The notes: a model not told the origin generated them from the sequence alone. 64,000 bases of DNA from an uncultured archaeon (GCA_964631415.1 CAZVZC010000001.1:36638-100637), one strand, 5' to 3'. Numbered from the stretch's first letter, positions 1 to 9,124 are shown. A program made the numbers and translations.

Positions 1-9
1 CCGGACTCA

Positions 10-564
10 GTGACAATCGATATCATGGTCCGGCTTCTCGAAATCTATAATCCCGCATGTATCGTCATCGGTGTCGATCCTGGTATGCGATTCGGACTGG
101 CATTAGTGATTGACGGGAAGTCCGTACACACGAGAAGCTCCTCCTCACCAATCGATGCTGTTCAACGCACTCTGAGCTGGATTGACCATGTGAAGCGACT
201 ATACCACGACAGTGTGATCATAGTCAGGGTCGGAACTGGCTCTCCTCTCTACTCTGCACTCTATCTGCGCGGAATCTTCAGTAGAGGCAACGTGGCTATG
301 GTGGAACTCGTGAATGAACAACACACGACATTCGCTGGTTCGCTACATTCCGACCAGTCTTCTGCATCCATGATTGCAGCTCGTCACGGACGTACTCCCA
401 GTGAATCGGATGTCACGCTTGAGCCAAAGGATGGTCATGTGAGGTCCTTGAAGCGGCTTGTCGCCCGAATCACTGATGGCAGACGGTCATTGACAACAGA
501 AGAGGCGCAGTCTGTCCTTGTCGGGACGTCGTCACTTGAGAGCATCATAAACGGAGTCGCCTAG
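10..564 (+). CDS. Hypothetical archaeal protein with RNase H-like (YqgF/RuvC-type) N-terminal motif; probably 5'-truncated by the window edge
   Basis: IVIGVDPG...GLA beta-strand motif, later VNEQHTT and SDQSSA acidic motifs; frame is open to position 1. Confidence 0.5.
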   Translation: MTIDIMVRLLEIYNPACIVIGVDPGMRFGLALVIDGKSVHTRSSSSPIDAVQRTLSWIDHVKRLYHDSVIIVRVGTGSPLYSALYLRGIFSRGNVAMVELVNEQHTTFAGSLHSDQSSASMIAARHGRTPSESDVTLEPKDGHVRSLKRLVARITDGRRSLTTEEAQSVLVGTSSLESIINGVA

Positions 565-2489
565 TTTGAGAAGAAGGCTGCCACTTGCTCCCCTACCGCA
601 GAGGGGTCGTCCGGCATTGTTCTTGTCACTTCGTCCAACCATGACGGCATGAACCTGCGAAGGTAGGGTGTCGCAAAGCGCTTGTCCAAGAACACAATCG
701 CACCTCGGTCAGACGGTCTTCGAACAGGTCTACCGGCCGCTTGGATAGCCCTTGTCATTGAGGGCAGGACGTAAGCGTACTGTCTCCCTCTGCCGTTGAA
801 GCGTCTGTCAAAGTACTCTATCAGTGCTTCAGTGCGGGGCGTCGGTTTTGCATAGGGGACTCCAACAACCACGACACTCTCCATGGCAGGACCGGGGAAA
901 TCCCCCCCTTCAGAGTTGCGGCCACCCTGTACACCGAGAAGGACAGCTCCCCCTTTGTCACCTCTGCTCTTGAAATCCTCAATCATTGTGTCGTTCTCAC
1001 TAGTCTTCATTCCCTGCTTCTCAACAAACAGTCTTCTCTTCAGCTTCTTCTCAAGACCCGCTTTGAGCAGTGACTCGGCCACGGAGTAGCTCGATGCAAA
1101 AACCCCCGTGTTGCCTGGTGTAGCATTTACGACGGCTACACAATGCTCTACCATGTGCTCAAACAGTGTTTCATTCCTGCCTTCATAGGAGGTGTCCAGC
1201 CCCTCGACAATGATTCCAATCCTACTCTCGGCTCCAAAGGGGCTTTGAAAAGCGACCTTTACAGTTTCGGGTCCAAGACCTAGCATGTCAGTGTATGCAT
1301 CGAGGGGCGACAATGTGCCTGAAACCGCAACAGAGCTATGAACAAGCTTCAGTATAGGAGTAGTGACACTGGTTGGGTCAAGAGCCAAGAGGTCAAGCGA
1401 AACTCTCCTGCTATCCCCTGTGCCCCGTTCTGAAGCCATTATGAAGGCATAGTCGTCACGTTCAGCATACCGCACCCATTTGCCGAGGAACTCTGCCACC
1501 CGGTGAATTGCTGAACGAGGGAGCTTCCCGGCTCTCAACAGCCCCTTCTTGATCTTCAATCCGGTTTCAGCCATATGAGAGATGATTTGAGTTTCACCAG
1601 TCAGCTCCGATGCCTCTACTGCGGCACTGTAGATGTCTAGAGGTTTGATGATTCTCTCCTCGTTCTCTTCCATCCCGCTGGATATCTCAAGAATGACCTT
1701 TGCCAGCCCGCGACAGAAAACTCTTGAAACAGAGTCGCTGTACGTTTCGGCCTCCTTCATTGCCTGTCTTGCTGTACCGACAGGAAGTGAGTCACTTGCC
1801 GAGTCGAGTGCCGTGAAAGGCACATTGTGCGCTTCATCTTCAACCAAGACAACTTTCGACATCGGCACCCCAAGATCAGGCATGAACGACTCAAATATGA
1901 ATGGATCAAAGACATAGAGATATGACAGGGCCACGACATCGGCGCCCTTTGCAAGTGACTTGGCCATTTCGTATGGGCAGACTGACCATCCCTTTGCGAT
2001 CCCAATTACATCGGATGCTGTGAGAATCCTCTTGGGCATGTCCTCGAAGGGGTCGTCTGACGCAACCAGTTTCTTCATGTGTTCGTGATAGGAGCACTTC
2101 CCAGTCGCTTTGAGCTGCCCGCAGATTTCGCTCAACGGTGCCACGAAGTCCGCATTCTCAAGCACAAACTGGTTCAGGCACATGTGCTGTCGTCCTCTGA
2201 AGGAGATACCGGTCACATCTTGGCGACCGGATATTACATCGAGCTCTTCCATCACCCGGTCTAGTTGCCTGTGTGTACGAGCACAGTACAGCACTTTGGC
2301 CCTGTTCTCTTTGACCCAAGGCAGAACGCCACATAGTGTCACACATGTTTTTCCGAAGCCATTGGGCGCTTCGCAGCATATGTTCTTTCCAGCGCTGACA
2401 GAGCTCTCTATCACCTGCATCATCTCCTCCTGTCCTCTCCGTTTCTCTGGGTATGGAAAGAAACTCGTGTGGGAGAGCCTGTCGCTCAT
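561..2489 (-). CDS. xpd: XPD/Rad3/DinG-family Fe-S DNA helicase
   Basis: Q motif (RRGQ), Walker A APNGFGKT, four Fe-S cysteines (HMCL, EICG, GKCS, VCPYE), DEAH box, SEGGDF, QAAGRPVR; likely start ATG 2489. Confidence 0.93.
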   Translation of the reverse strand: MSDRLSHTSFFPYPEKRRGQEEMMQVIESSVSAGKNICCEAPNGFGKTCVTLCGVLPWVKENRAKVLYCARTHRQLDRVMEELDVISGRQDVTGISFRGRQHMCLNQFVLENADFVAPLSEICGQLKATGKCSYHEHMKKLVASDDPFEDMPKRILTASDVIGIAKGWSVCPYEMAKSLAKGADVVALSYLYVFDPFIFESFMPDLGVPMSKVVLVEDEAHNVPFTALDSASDSLPVGTARQAMKEAETYSDSVSRVFCRGLAKVILEISSGMEENEERIIKPLDIYSAAVEASELTGETQIISHMAETGLKIKKGLLRAGKLPRSAIHRVAEFLGKWVRYAERDDYAFIMASERGTGDSRRVSLDLLALDPTSVTTPILKLVHSSVAVSGTLSPLDAYTDMLGLGPETVKVAFQSPFGAESRIGIIVEGLDTSYEGRNETLFEHMVEHCVAVVNATPGNTGVFASSYSVAESLLKAGLEKKLKRRLFVEKQGMKTSENDTMIEDFKSRGDKGGAVLLGVQGGRNSEGGDFPGPAMESVVVVGVPYAKPTPRTEALIEYFDRRFNGRGRQYAYVLPSMTRAIQAAGRPVRRPSDRGAIVFLDKRFATPYLRRFMPSWLDEVTRTMPDDPSAVGEQVAAFFSN

Positions 2490-2630
2490 GGGAATCGGGT
2501 TCCAGTGATTGGCCGACGACTGATAATGATGTTGTTTTGCTGTTGCCAGAAGCCCGGCAGAGGAGCTGTATTGGGAGCCATTCGGCATTGATTTATCGTT
2601 GACAGGCCGTCCATCTAGTCGGGACTACGA

Positions 2631-2975
2631 ATGGAATCAGGTGAGATTCAGGACTTTGAGAGCGAAACAGAGCGAGTTCGATTGAGATTACGCGTCATGC
2701 GTCTTGAGAATGGGCTCCTCATTCTGATCTCAGACTCAGAGAGGTTTCGCTTGGGTCTCTCGGCTGTGGCAATTCCGGCAGGGTCCGGTCGACAGGAACC
2801 TAGTTCCACAGGGTTCTTGTCCGTCGGAGAAGACGTAGTACAGGTGCGCATCCTAGCTGAGACTGTTGCAAAACGTACAGGCCAAATGTGCATGGTGGTA
2901 GCCGCAGTCAAGGAGCTAAACCGTACACTCATGATGGACATCACTAGGACTCTGAGGGAGCATGTCCCGAAGTGA
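2631..2975 (+). CDS. Proteasome assembly chaperone 4 (PAC4/PSMG4)-like protein
   Basis: 114 aa; VMRLENGLLILIS, AVAIP...PSST and LAETVAKRTG resemble PSMG4 motifs recalled from memory (VMRLTDSLFLWVG, LAVAM...PVST, LAQRLARKTN). Confidence 0.65.
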   Translation: MESGEIQDFESETERVRLRLRVMRLENGLLILISDSERFRLGLSAVAIPAGSGRQEPSSTGFLSVGEDVVQVRILAETVAKRTGQMCMVVAAVKELNRTLMMDITRTLREHVPK

Positions 2976-3174
2976 CATAGTCAATCACATCTTGAACCCA
3001 CGTCCCGAGTCCTTCGACACGGCGTAGTGAGGCGAGGTAGTCGGCCCAATCGATTTCAAGCGCTTTCTTCCACTTGTCAAATGCAGAATATAGTCCGTCA
3101 AGGGCTTTTCGGTGATATCTACATAGCTCACTGCCATTTGCTGATTCACGACCGCAGAGCGGGCAGTCTGTCAG
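2944..3174 (-). CDS. Small Zn-finger protein (CxxC-x10-CxxH), 76 aa, apparent CTG start; absent from the ORF track
   Basis: Reads (M)TDCPLCGRESANGSELCRYHRKALDGLYSAFDKWKKALEIDWADYLASLRRVEGLGTWVQDVIDYVTSGHAPSES*; GGAGGTGA Shine-Dalgarno at 3188-3181, 6 nt before CTG; CTG overlaps the topA stop (CTGA). Confidence 0.8.
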   Translation of the reverse strand: MTDCPLCGRESANGSELCRYHRKALDGLYSAFDKWKKALEIDWADYLASLRRVEGLGTWVQDVIDYVTSGHAPSES

Positions 3175-5306
3175 ACGTCCTCACCTCCATTGGGCTGGTT
3201 CTTGGTTCTTCTCCTCGTCCTCCTCTTCTCAAGCAACTCAATGTCTTGTTGGCGGCCTGGGCATTTTGTCCAGTTCAGACAGGTTTCCCATCCTCTCTTT
3301 CCTGACAGGATCTTAATCATATGGTGACCACAATGAGGACAGGTCCTACCCAGCGGTACGAGCTTGCCTTTCTGCGGTAAAGGAAACGCGATATCACAGG
3401 TTCCCTTCTGATGGTTTGAACACCCTACAAACCTCTTTCCTGTCTTGGGTGAGTAGATTACAACTAGGACTCCGTCGGCACAACTGGGACACGGTCCTAT
3501 CTCCTGCTCTTCCCTCCAATACCTTCGCAGCCCCTTCGCCAGGGCTTGGCCTATGCTTTGCTCCTGCAATCTGAAGTTCTCTAGTAGTTTCACAAGTTCG
3601 TTCTTTGCATCCAAGAGGACTGCCCTTCTTTGTCCAATGCCTTGTTGGATTTCCTCCATCTTCAGCTCGAGTCTGCGTGTCATGTCAGCGGACAACATAT
3701 CGGGCACGTGTATTTGGAGAGCCTCGAAGGCCGCATAGCCCAATGCAGACAGTTCGAAGTGACTGCCGAGCGTATACCCCCTAGAGTTGATGGAGTCGAT
3801 GATTCCAGCACGGGTGGCTTTTGTACCTAAGTTCTCCTTCTCCAGCAGTTTCAGTAGACTGGATGGATTGAAACGAGGCGGCGGCGGTGTGTACTTCTCA
3901 TCAGCACGCACTGATGTTAGGTCGATCATGTTTCCCTCGCTAAGTGGAGGCATTGCTTTCTCATTCATAGTGGCATAGGGACTGTAGAGGCTGGTCCATC
4001 CTGCCTCAAGGACTGTCAAACCTCTCAGATAGAAGAGGTGTTCACCACATCTGATGTCGGCTATCACAACTTGCTTCACTGCAGGCTCCCCGAACAAAGC
4101 CAAGAACCTGCGCACCACCAAGTCATACACCCTTTCCTCGTTCGCTGCCAGCTTCTTTGTTGGCCGATTTCCCGTTGGGAGTATCGCAGGATGGGCTTTG
4201 TCTTCTTTCTCGCCCTGCATGGGTACTAAGCTCTTGTGCTGAAGAAGGCGCCTAACGAGGGGGGCGTATTTGCTCATCTTTCCGATGCCTTCGAGTGTTT
4301 GTCTAACGTCCAGACTCGGCGGCACTTTCTGGCTGTCAGTTCTAGGATATGTGATGAGTGCATCAAGATACAGTCCCTGTGCAATCTGCAGGGTTCGGCT
4401 TGGTCTGAGTTCGAAATGCCTGTATGCTTCTGTTTGGAGGTCACTAAGATTGAAGGGGGGCGGAGGCCTCTGTGAGGAGATTCTGCTACTGATTGAGCTC
4501 ACGCGAGCAGTTCTACCAAGGAGATCCTTCACCAAGGCATCTGCCTGTGCCTTTGTTTCAATCCTTCTATCACTGTACTCCAAGCTCACTTGCTGGCCAT
4601 CTACAACTCCGGTAGTAGACAAGGTCCAGAACGGTATCGGTACAAAGAGATTGATTTGCTGATCACGTTCCGCCACATATGCCAGAGCGGGACCTTGGAC
4701 CCTTCCTGTTGAAACTATTCTGAACAGTCCTGTCGTGTTCTTCATGGCGAGCGTCAGGGCGCGTGTGAGATTGATTCCATACAGCCAGTCCACTTCATGC
4801 CTAACACAGCCTGACTCGACCATAGGAAAGTCGAGAGTTGGCATCAGGGTCCCATAGGCTTTCTGCAATTCTGGTTTAGTCAAAGACGAAAAAACCATCC
4901 TCCGTGCTCTTGAGGGGTCGATGCCACAGACGTGTTTGACAATCAAATAGCCAATCAGACTTCCCTCGATATCATAGTCCGTGGCCACGACAAACCTGTC
5001 CGCATTCACAGAGAGACGCCTAATCAGTTCAATGACTGGTTTGGTACCTCCCGCGCTCTTTTCAACCTCGTATTTGGGTGCCCATTCCGTATCGAGTCGT
5101 GGGTATGTCCATCCTTTCTCTGTCTGCCGAAGCTCATACAGGTGTCCAAGAGCATAGACAACGGTGAGAGAATCGCCTTGGCATTTGCACTCGTAGTATG
5201 AGGCTCTTCCACTCTTGACTTCATGGAAACCATCCTGATCATCGAGAGCCTCGGCTATTCTCTTAGCCGCACTTGGTTTTTCCGAGATCACAAGGACCCG
5301 GGACAG
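3171..5306 (-). CDS. topA: DNA topoisomerase IA (archaeal TopA/Topo III) with C-terminal Zn ribbons
   Basis: Toprim SEKP and ATDYDIEG, GRVQGP, active-site ITYPRTDS, C-terminal CxxC pairs; start extended from GTG 5291 to CTG 5306 to complete the first Toprim strand. Confidence 0.95.
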   Translation of the reverse strand: MSRVLVISEKPSAAKRIAEALDDQDGFHEVKSGRASYYECKCQGDSLTVVYALGHLYELRQTEKGWTYPRLDTEWAPKYEVEKSAGGTKPVIELIRRLSVNADRFVVATDYDIEGSLIGYLIVKHVCGIDPSRARRMVFSSLTKPELQKAYGTLMPTLDFPMVESGCVRHEVDWLYGINLTRALTLAMKNTTGLFRIVSTGRVQGPALAYVAERDQQINLFVPIPFWTLSTTGVVDGQQVSLEYSDRRIETKAQADALVKDLLGRTARVSSISSRISSQRPPPPFNLSDLQTEAYRHFELRPSRTLQIAQGLYLDALITYPRTDSQKVPPSLDVRQTLEGIGKMSKYAPLVRRLLQHKSLVPMQGEKEDKAHPAILPTGNRPTKKLAANEERVYDLVVRRFLALFGEPAVKQVVIADIRCGEHLFYLRGLTVLEAGWTSLYSPYATMNEKAMPPLSEGNMIDLTSVRADEKYTPPPPRFNPSSLLKLLEKENLGTKATRAGIIDSINSRGYTLGSHFELSALGYAAFEALQIHVPDMLSADMTRRLELKMEEIQQGIGQRRAVLLDAKNELVKLLENFRLQEQSIGQALAKGLRRYWREEQEIGPCPSCADGVLVVIYSPKTGKRFVGCSNHQKGTCDIAFPLPQKGKLVPLGRTCPHCGHHMIKILSGKRGWETCLNWTKCPGRQQDIELLEKRRTRRRTKNQPNGGEDV

Positions 5307-5454
5307 TTCTGTTCGCCTCTGGTTCTCTCATTGCCATCGGTGTTCGTATGTTTTTAACAATGACTCCATGCCAAGACTACGCCATAGTACAGGCCTCCAT
5401 CTCACGATATTTTTAAAAGCGGACCTCCCGACCTCGCTCGTTGAGGTTTGCCTT

Positions 5455-5868
5455 TTGCCTGTATGGTGGCCGCGATTCATAATTAAGCCCCAAGTACGAC
5501 TCACGAGGCCCCGGTTTGGAATGCCCGCGCGTCCTCCTGACATAGTCCTCTTTGGAGGACTGTTGCTGGCCATCCTGTTTATTATGGGTGGCAACATATA
5601 CACGTTAGTCAAGACTCCGCCTGCGATTGCTGGTGACTCATCAGGAAACCCAATCCTTATTGCACCAGGCATTGATATTCAGCTTGGACTAGAAGGAATT
5701 GTGGCCTCGGTTGTCATTTTCATTGGAACCATTGGTATTGGTCTCGTCTATCTGTCCTCAAAGTATGTCTTCCAGCCTGGCTATGCAACACGCCTGATGG
5801 TTCTCGGTGCAATACTTGCAGGTGGCGCATTCTTAGTCATAAGCTACCTCTATGGTCTTAAGACATAG
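5455..5868 (+). CDS. OST3/OST6-family, DC2 (OSTC)-like oligosaccharyltransferase accessory subunit, 3 TM
   Basis: FIMGGNIYTLVKTPP...QLGLEGIVAS...GTIGIG matches the DC2 pattern FLITGGIIYDVIVEPP...QYIMEGLASS...GGLGF; TTG start after a GAGGT SD. Confidence 0.75.
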   Translation: MPVWWPRFIIKPQVRLTRPRFGMPARPPDIVLFGGLLLAILFIMGGNIYTLVKTPPAIAGDSSGNPILIAPGIDIQLGLEGIVASVVIFIGTIGIGLVYLSSKYVFQPGYATRLMVLGAILAGGAFLVISYLYGLKT

Positions 5869-5955
5869 GGCACAAGACTTGTTTGTAGAACGTGCCATCG
5901 GTGCTCCGGTCTGACATAATACAATGAACAAGAGGAATTACCCCTCCCAAGTCAC

Positions 5956-6669
5956 TCATCTGAGCTGGGCATAGGGTACATCAGTTGCTGCAAGCAGAGC
6001 CGAAACGAGTTCTCTGGCTATCTCAAGTTTGATTCTCTTTCTTTCGTCAGCCTGATAATGAAACGCCTTGTCTGGTTTTGACCAGCGTCCAACCATGGTT
6101 CCGAAGTCCATTCCGGCCAGGACAATGCGTCTTGGCACGTAGTGCAATGCGATGTGGCATGCCCTATCTCCGTCAGTGAACCCACCCCATAGAAACGCTC
6201 TGTCAGTAGGCTCTACTTGAGTGCTCCCGAGTGCTTCCCTCAGCGTGGGAACGAACTGCTTGACTCTGTCCATGTTGTCGCCGTGGGCGTGTACTATTGG
6301 CAATGCTCCGTTCTCCACGATACGTTTCAGATCCCCACTGTTTCCGTCGAGGTCTGTCACAAGCACATCACAGTTCTGGTCCTGTTCCAAGAATGCAGTG
6401 GCTGCACCATCAGCAGCGACATAGACGGCATCCTGGAGCTCTGGCATCCGCATGGTTTCTCTAAGATGTCGTTCGAGAGAGGGCCCCGCCCCACACACAA
6501 CAACTGCGTGGTCATGGATTCGGCTTCTGAGCCGTGATAGAATCGGAGCGGGGTCTATGTTTCTGAGTAATGACGTGAGCAGGGCAGTTGCATTTCTGTC
6601 AGCTTCAACATTCAGCGCCAGCCTTCTGACTATGTCAAGATAGACTGGCTGCCAAACATGCCACTCCAT
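5956..6669 (-). CDS. mptE: 6-hydroxymethyl-7,8-dihydropterin pyrophosphokinase (archaeal, DUF115)
   Basis: GAGPSL, AADGA, VTDLDG, VHAHGDN, GGFTDGDRA motifs. Confidence 0.92.
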   Translation of the reverse strand: MEWHVWQPVYLDIVRRLALNVEADRNATALLTSLLRNIDPAPILSRLRSRIHDHAVVVCGAGPSLERHLRETMRMPELQDAVYVAADGAATAFLEQDQNCDVLVTDLDGNSGDLKRIVENGALPIVHAHGDNMDRVKQFVPTLREALGSTQVEPTDRAFLWGGFTDGDRACHIALHYVPRRIVLAGMDFGTMVGRWSKPDKAFHYQADERKRIKLEIARELVSALLAATDVPYAQLR

Positions 6670-6675
6670 GACGAA

Positions 6676-7890
6676 TCACCCGACTTGGAGATTGCGGTCG
6701 GCCATTAGCGACTGTATTGCATTGCCGATGTCTATGAGCCCGAAGTACTGCATCGTAGAGAGCCTCTTTGTCATTCTTCCAAGCTGAAGAGGTGTCCCCA
6801 TTATTAGGACGTCTGTGCTATCAATGCGATGATCTATAACATCGTGATGATAGGCCGCATCTCCTCCGACTGCAAGCATCTCCTGCTTGATTATGAGTGC
6901 TGCAGGGGTCGAAACTTCTCTGATTCGGAAGTTGAGCATCACTGCTTTCCCGGCCAACGGTTGGATGATCTCAGCACCTGCACCCAATTGCTCGATCACG
7001 AGTGCGGCCTCTCTCTCGTTGGACAGACTCACCAGCTCAACATTGTCCTTTGTCACCACAGGGGGGTGTTTCAGGGCCTGTCCAACTATCGCTGCCATAC
7101 GAGCCTCCTGCACATCGTGTGCACGGATTATGTCTGCACCGTTTACGACTGCCACCGATGTGGCAGCAATCGTGCCAGTGATACGCATGGACGGATCGGG
7201 CTGGTCAAGCAGCTGACCTATGAACGCCTTTCTCGATATTCCCACAAGGAGTGGACGTCCCAACAATGTGAATCGTCTGAGGTTTCTGACAATCGACAGG
7301 TCCACAGCAGCAGGCTTTCCGAAGCCAATACCTGGGTCTACGACAATCTGCTCTTGCCCAACACCCACATCGATTGCAGTCTTCATGCTCGTTCTGAGCG
7401 CATCCATTGTCGCATTCAGATCTGAGCACGGTTGTCCACAGTCCGCCATCAATATGATTGGCACATCTGCGTCTGCAATCAGCTTTCCCATTTTGCTGTC
7501 CATACGAAGTCCCGAAACATCATTGACGAGGGAAGCGCCAAGATTCAGTGCCGTACGTGCAACAGCAGCAGATGTGGTATCGATGGATACCGGAAGATGT
7601 GTGTTTTCGACGACAGTTGCGAATGCTTCCGAAACTCTTGTCAGCTCCTGATTTGCATCGACCTTGGTCGTACCATAGATGCTCTTTGGCGCCGTGGAAG
7701 CGCCACCCACGTCGATGATGTCTGCGCCTTCTCGTTCCATCTTTTGGACTAACTTTATCACATCATCCCTTGTGGTCGCCACGGATCCGCCATAGAACGA
7801 CTCAGGAGAGAGATTAATCACACCCATGACTCTGGTTGGATTGTCGCGTCCGACCCTGAGTCCACGGATGTCGGTTTCGTAAAGGCCCAT
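6676..7890 (-). CDS. folP: Dihydropteroate synthase with C-terminal dihydropteroate-reductase-like domain
   Basis: MGVINLSPESFY, DVGGAST, SIDT, NDVSG, DPGIGFGK, GISRKAF, RAHDV; extra ~120 aa containing ALIIKQEMLAVGGDAA and QYFGL. Confidence 0.92.
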   Translation of the reverse strand: MGLYETDIRGLRVGRDNPTRVMGVINLSPESFYGGSVATTRDDVIKLVQKMEREGADIIDVGGASTAPKSIYGTTKVDANQELTRVSEAFATVVENTHLPVSIDTTSAAVARTALNLGASLVNDVSGLRMDSKMGKLIADADVPIILMADCGQPCSDLNATMDALRTSMKTAIDVGVGQEQIVVDPGIGFGKPAAVDLSIVRNLRRFTLLGRPLLVGISRKAFIGQLLDQPDPSMRITGTIAATSVAVVNGADIIRAHDVQEARMAAIVGQALKHPPVVTKDNVELVSLSNEREAALVIEQLGAGAEIIQPLAGKAVMLNFRIREVSTPAALIIKQEMLAVGGDAAYHHDVIDHRIDSTDVLIMGTPLQLGRMTKRLSTMQYFGLIDIGNAIQSLMADRNLQVG

Positions 7891-7975
7891 GACTGGCTTT
7901 CCTCGGCTAGCCGATAGTATGGAAGAAGATAAAACCTAGAGGATGCGACAACCCGAACACCTGACGCGGTGAACG

Positions 7976-9124
7976 GTGATGAGCGAAAGTCTAGGTAGAA
8001 CACACCTCTACGAATGGCACAAGTTGCACGGTGATGTTATCCCCTTCGCAGGTTGGGAGATGCCCGTTCGATACACGGACATCCGTGAGGAGCATATGGC
8101 TGTGAGAAGGGCGGTTGGGATATTCGATACTACACACATGTTTCGCTTTCTCATAAGCGGTCCTCAAGCAGCTGAATTCCTGCAGACACTCACTACAAAC
8201 AGCGTTTCCAAACTGGAAATCAATGAAGGGCATTACTCAACGTGTCTCAATGATAAGGCCGGGATTCATGACGATCTCATGATTTACAGAATTGGTGAGC
8301 AGAAGTACATCTGGATAACTAATGCCTCCAATGGTCCCAAAATCAAGGCTCACCTTACAACACATGCTAAGCGGTTCAAGGTTAGCGTTGAGGATAAGTC
8401 AAAGGACATTGTCATGATAGCAGTACAGGGACCAAAGGCCTTGGCTTTGCTGTCAAAGATGGCTGGCGAAGGCCTCAGGAAGTTCGCCCGGTTCAGCTGC
8501 AATCCTGTGAAGTTTGCAGGGCGCGACTGCTACCTATGTCGTACGGGTTACACCGGAGAAGAAGGCGGAGAAATCCTACTACTAGATACGCCGTTCAACG
8601 AGGCTGGAAAGAAGAAGGCCATCTCCTTCTGGGACGAGATACTCAAACAGGGGAAGGACCTAGATGTAAAGCCTTGTGGGCTCGGTGCTAGAGACTCGAC
8701 AAGACTTGAGGCTGGATTCGTACTATACGGGCACGAGCTAAATGAGGAAACTACTCCACTTGAGGCTCGGATTTCGTATGCAGTCAAGTTCAAGGTCGAA
8801 CCGCATTACATAGGCTATGATGCACTGCTGAAACAGAAGCAGGAAGGTGTCACTAGGGCACGCATTGGACTGTTGATGATAGACAAAGGTGTCCCCCGCG
8901 AGCAATACCCCGTCATGCTTGGCAACCGGCAGATAGGGGCCGTGACAAGTGGCGGTATGTCGCCCGTGCTCGACTGTGGCATCGCATTGGCCTACGTCAA
9001 ACCCGATGCCGTGAAGGAAGGTGACACCGTTGAAGTGGACATAAAGGGACGACTACGAAAGGCCCGAGTGACTGGCTGGCCGTTCTACAATCCTGACGAG
9101 TACGGCGAGAACAGGACCCGTTGA
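7976..9124 (+). CDS. gcvT: Glycine cleavage system aminomethyltransferase T
   Basis: FAGWEMPVRY, RTGYTGEEGGE, GLGARDSTRLEAG. Confidence 0.96.
   Translation: MMSESLGRTHLYEWHKLHGDVIPFAGWEMPVRYTDIREEHMAVRRAVGIFDTTHMFRFLISGPQAAEFLQTLTTNSVSKLEINEGHYSTCLNDKAGIHDDLMIYRIGEQKYIWITNASNGPKIKAHLTTHAKRFKVSVEDKSKDIVMIAVQGPKALALLSKMAGEGLRKFARFSCNPVKFAGRDCYLCRTGYTGEEGGEILLLDTPFNEAGKKKAISFWDEILKQGKDLDVKPCGLGARDSTRLEAGFVLYGHELNEETTPLEARISYAVKFKVEPHYIGYDALLKQKQEGVTRARIGLLMIDKGVPREQYPVMLGNRQIGAVTSGGMSPVLDCGIALAYVKPDAVKEGDTVEVDIKGRLRKARVTGWPFYNPDEYGENRTR

Noticed and set aside
2986-3136. 50-aa ATG ORF on the minus strand (MAVSYVDITEK...)
   Set aside because: No SD or motifs; the overlapping CTG-started frame has a Zn finger, SD and coupled overlap.
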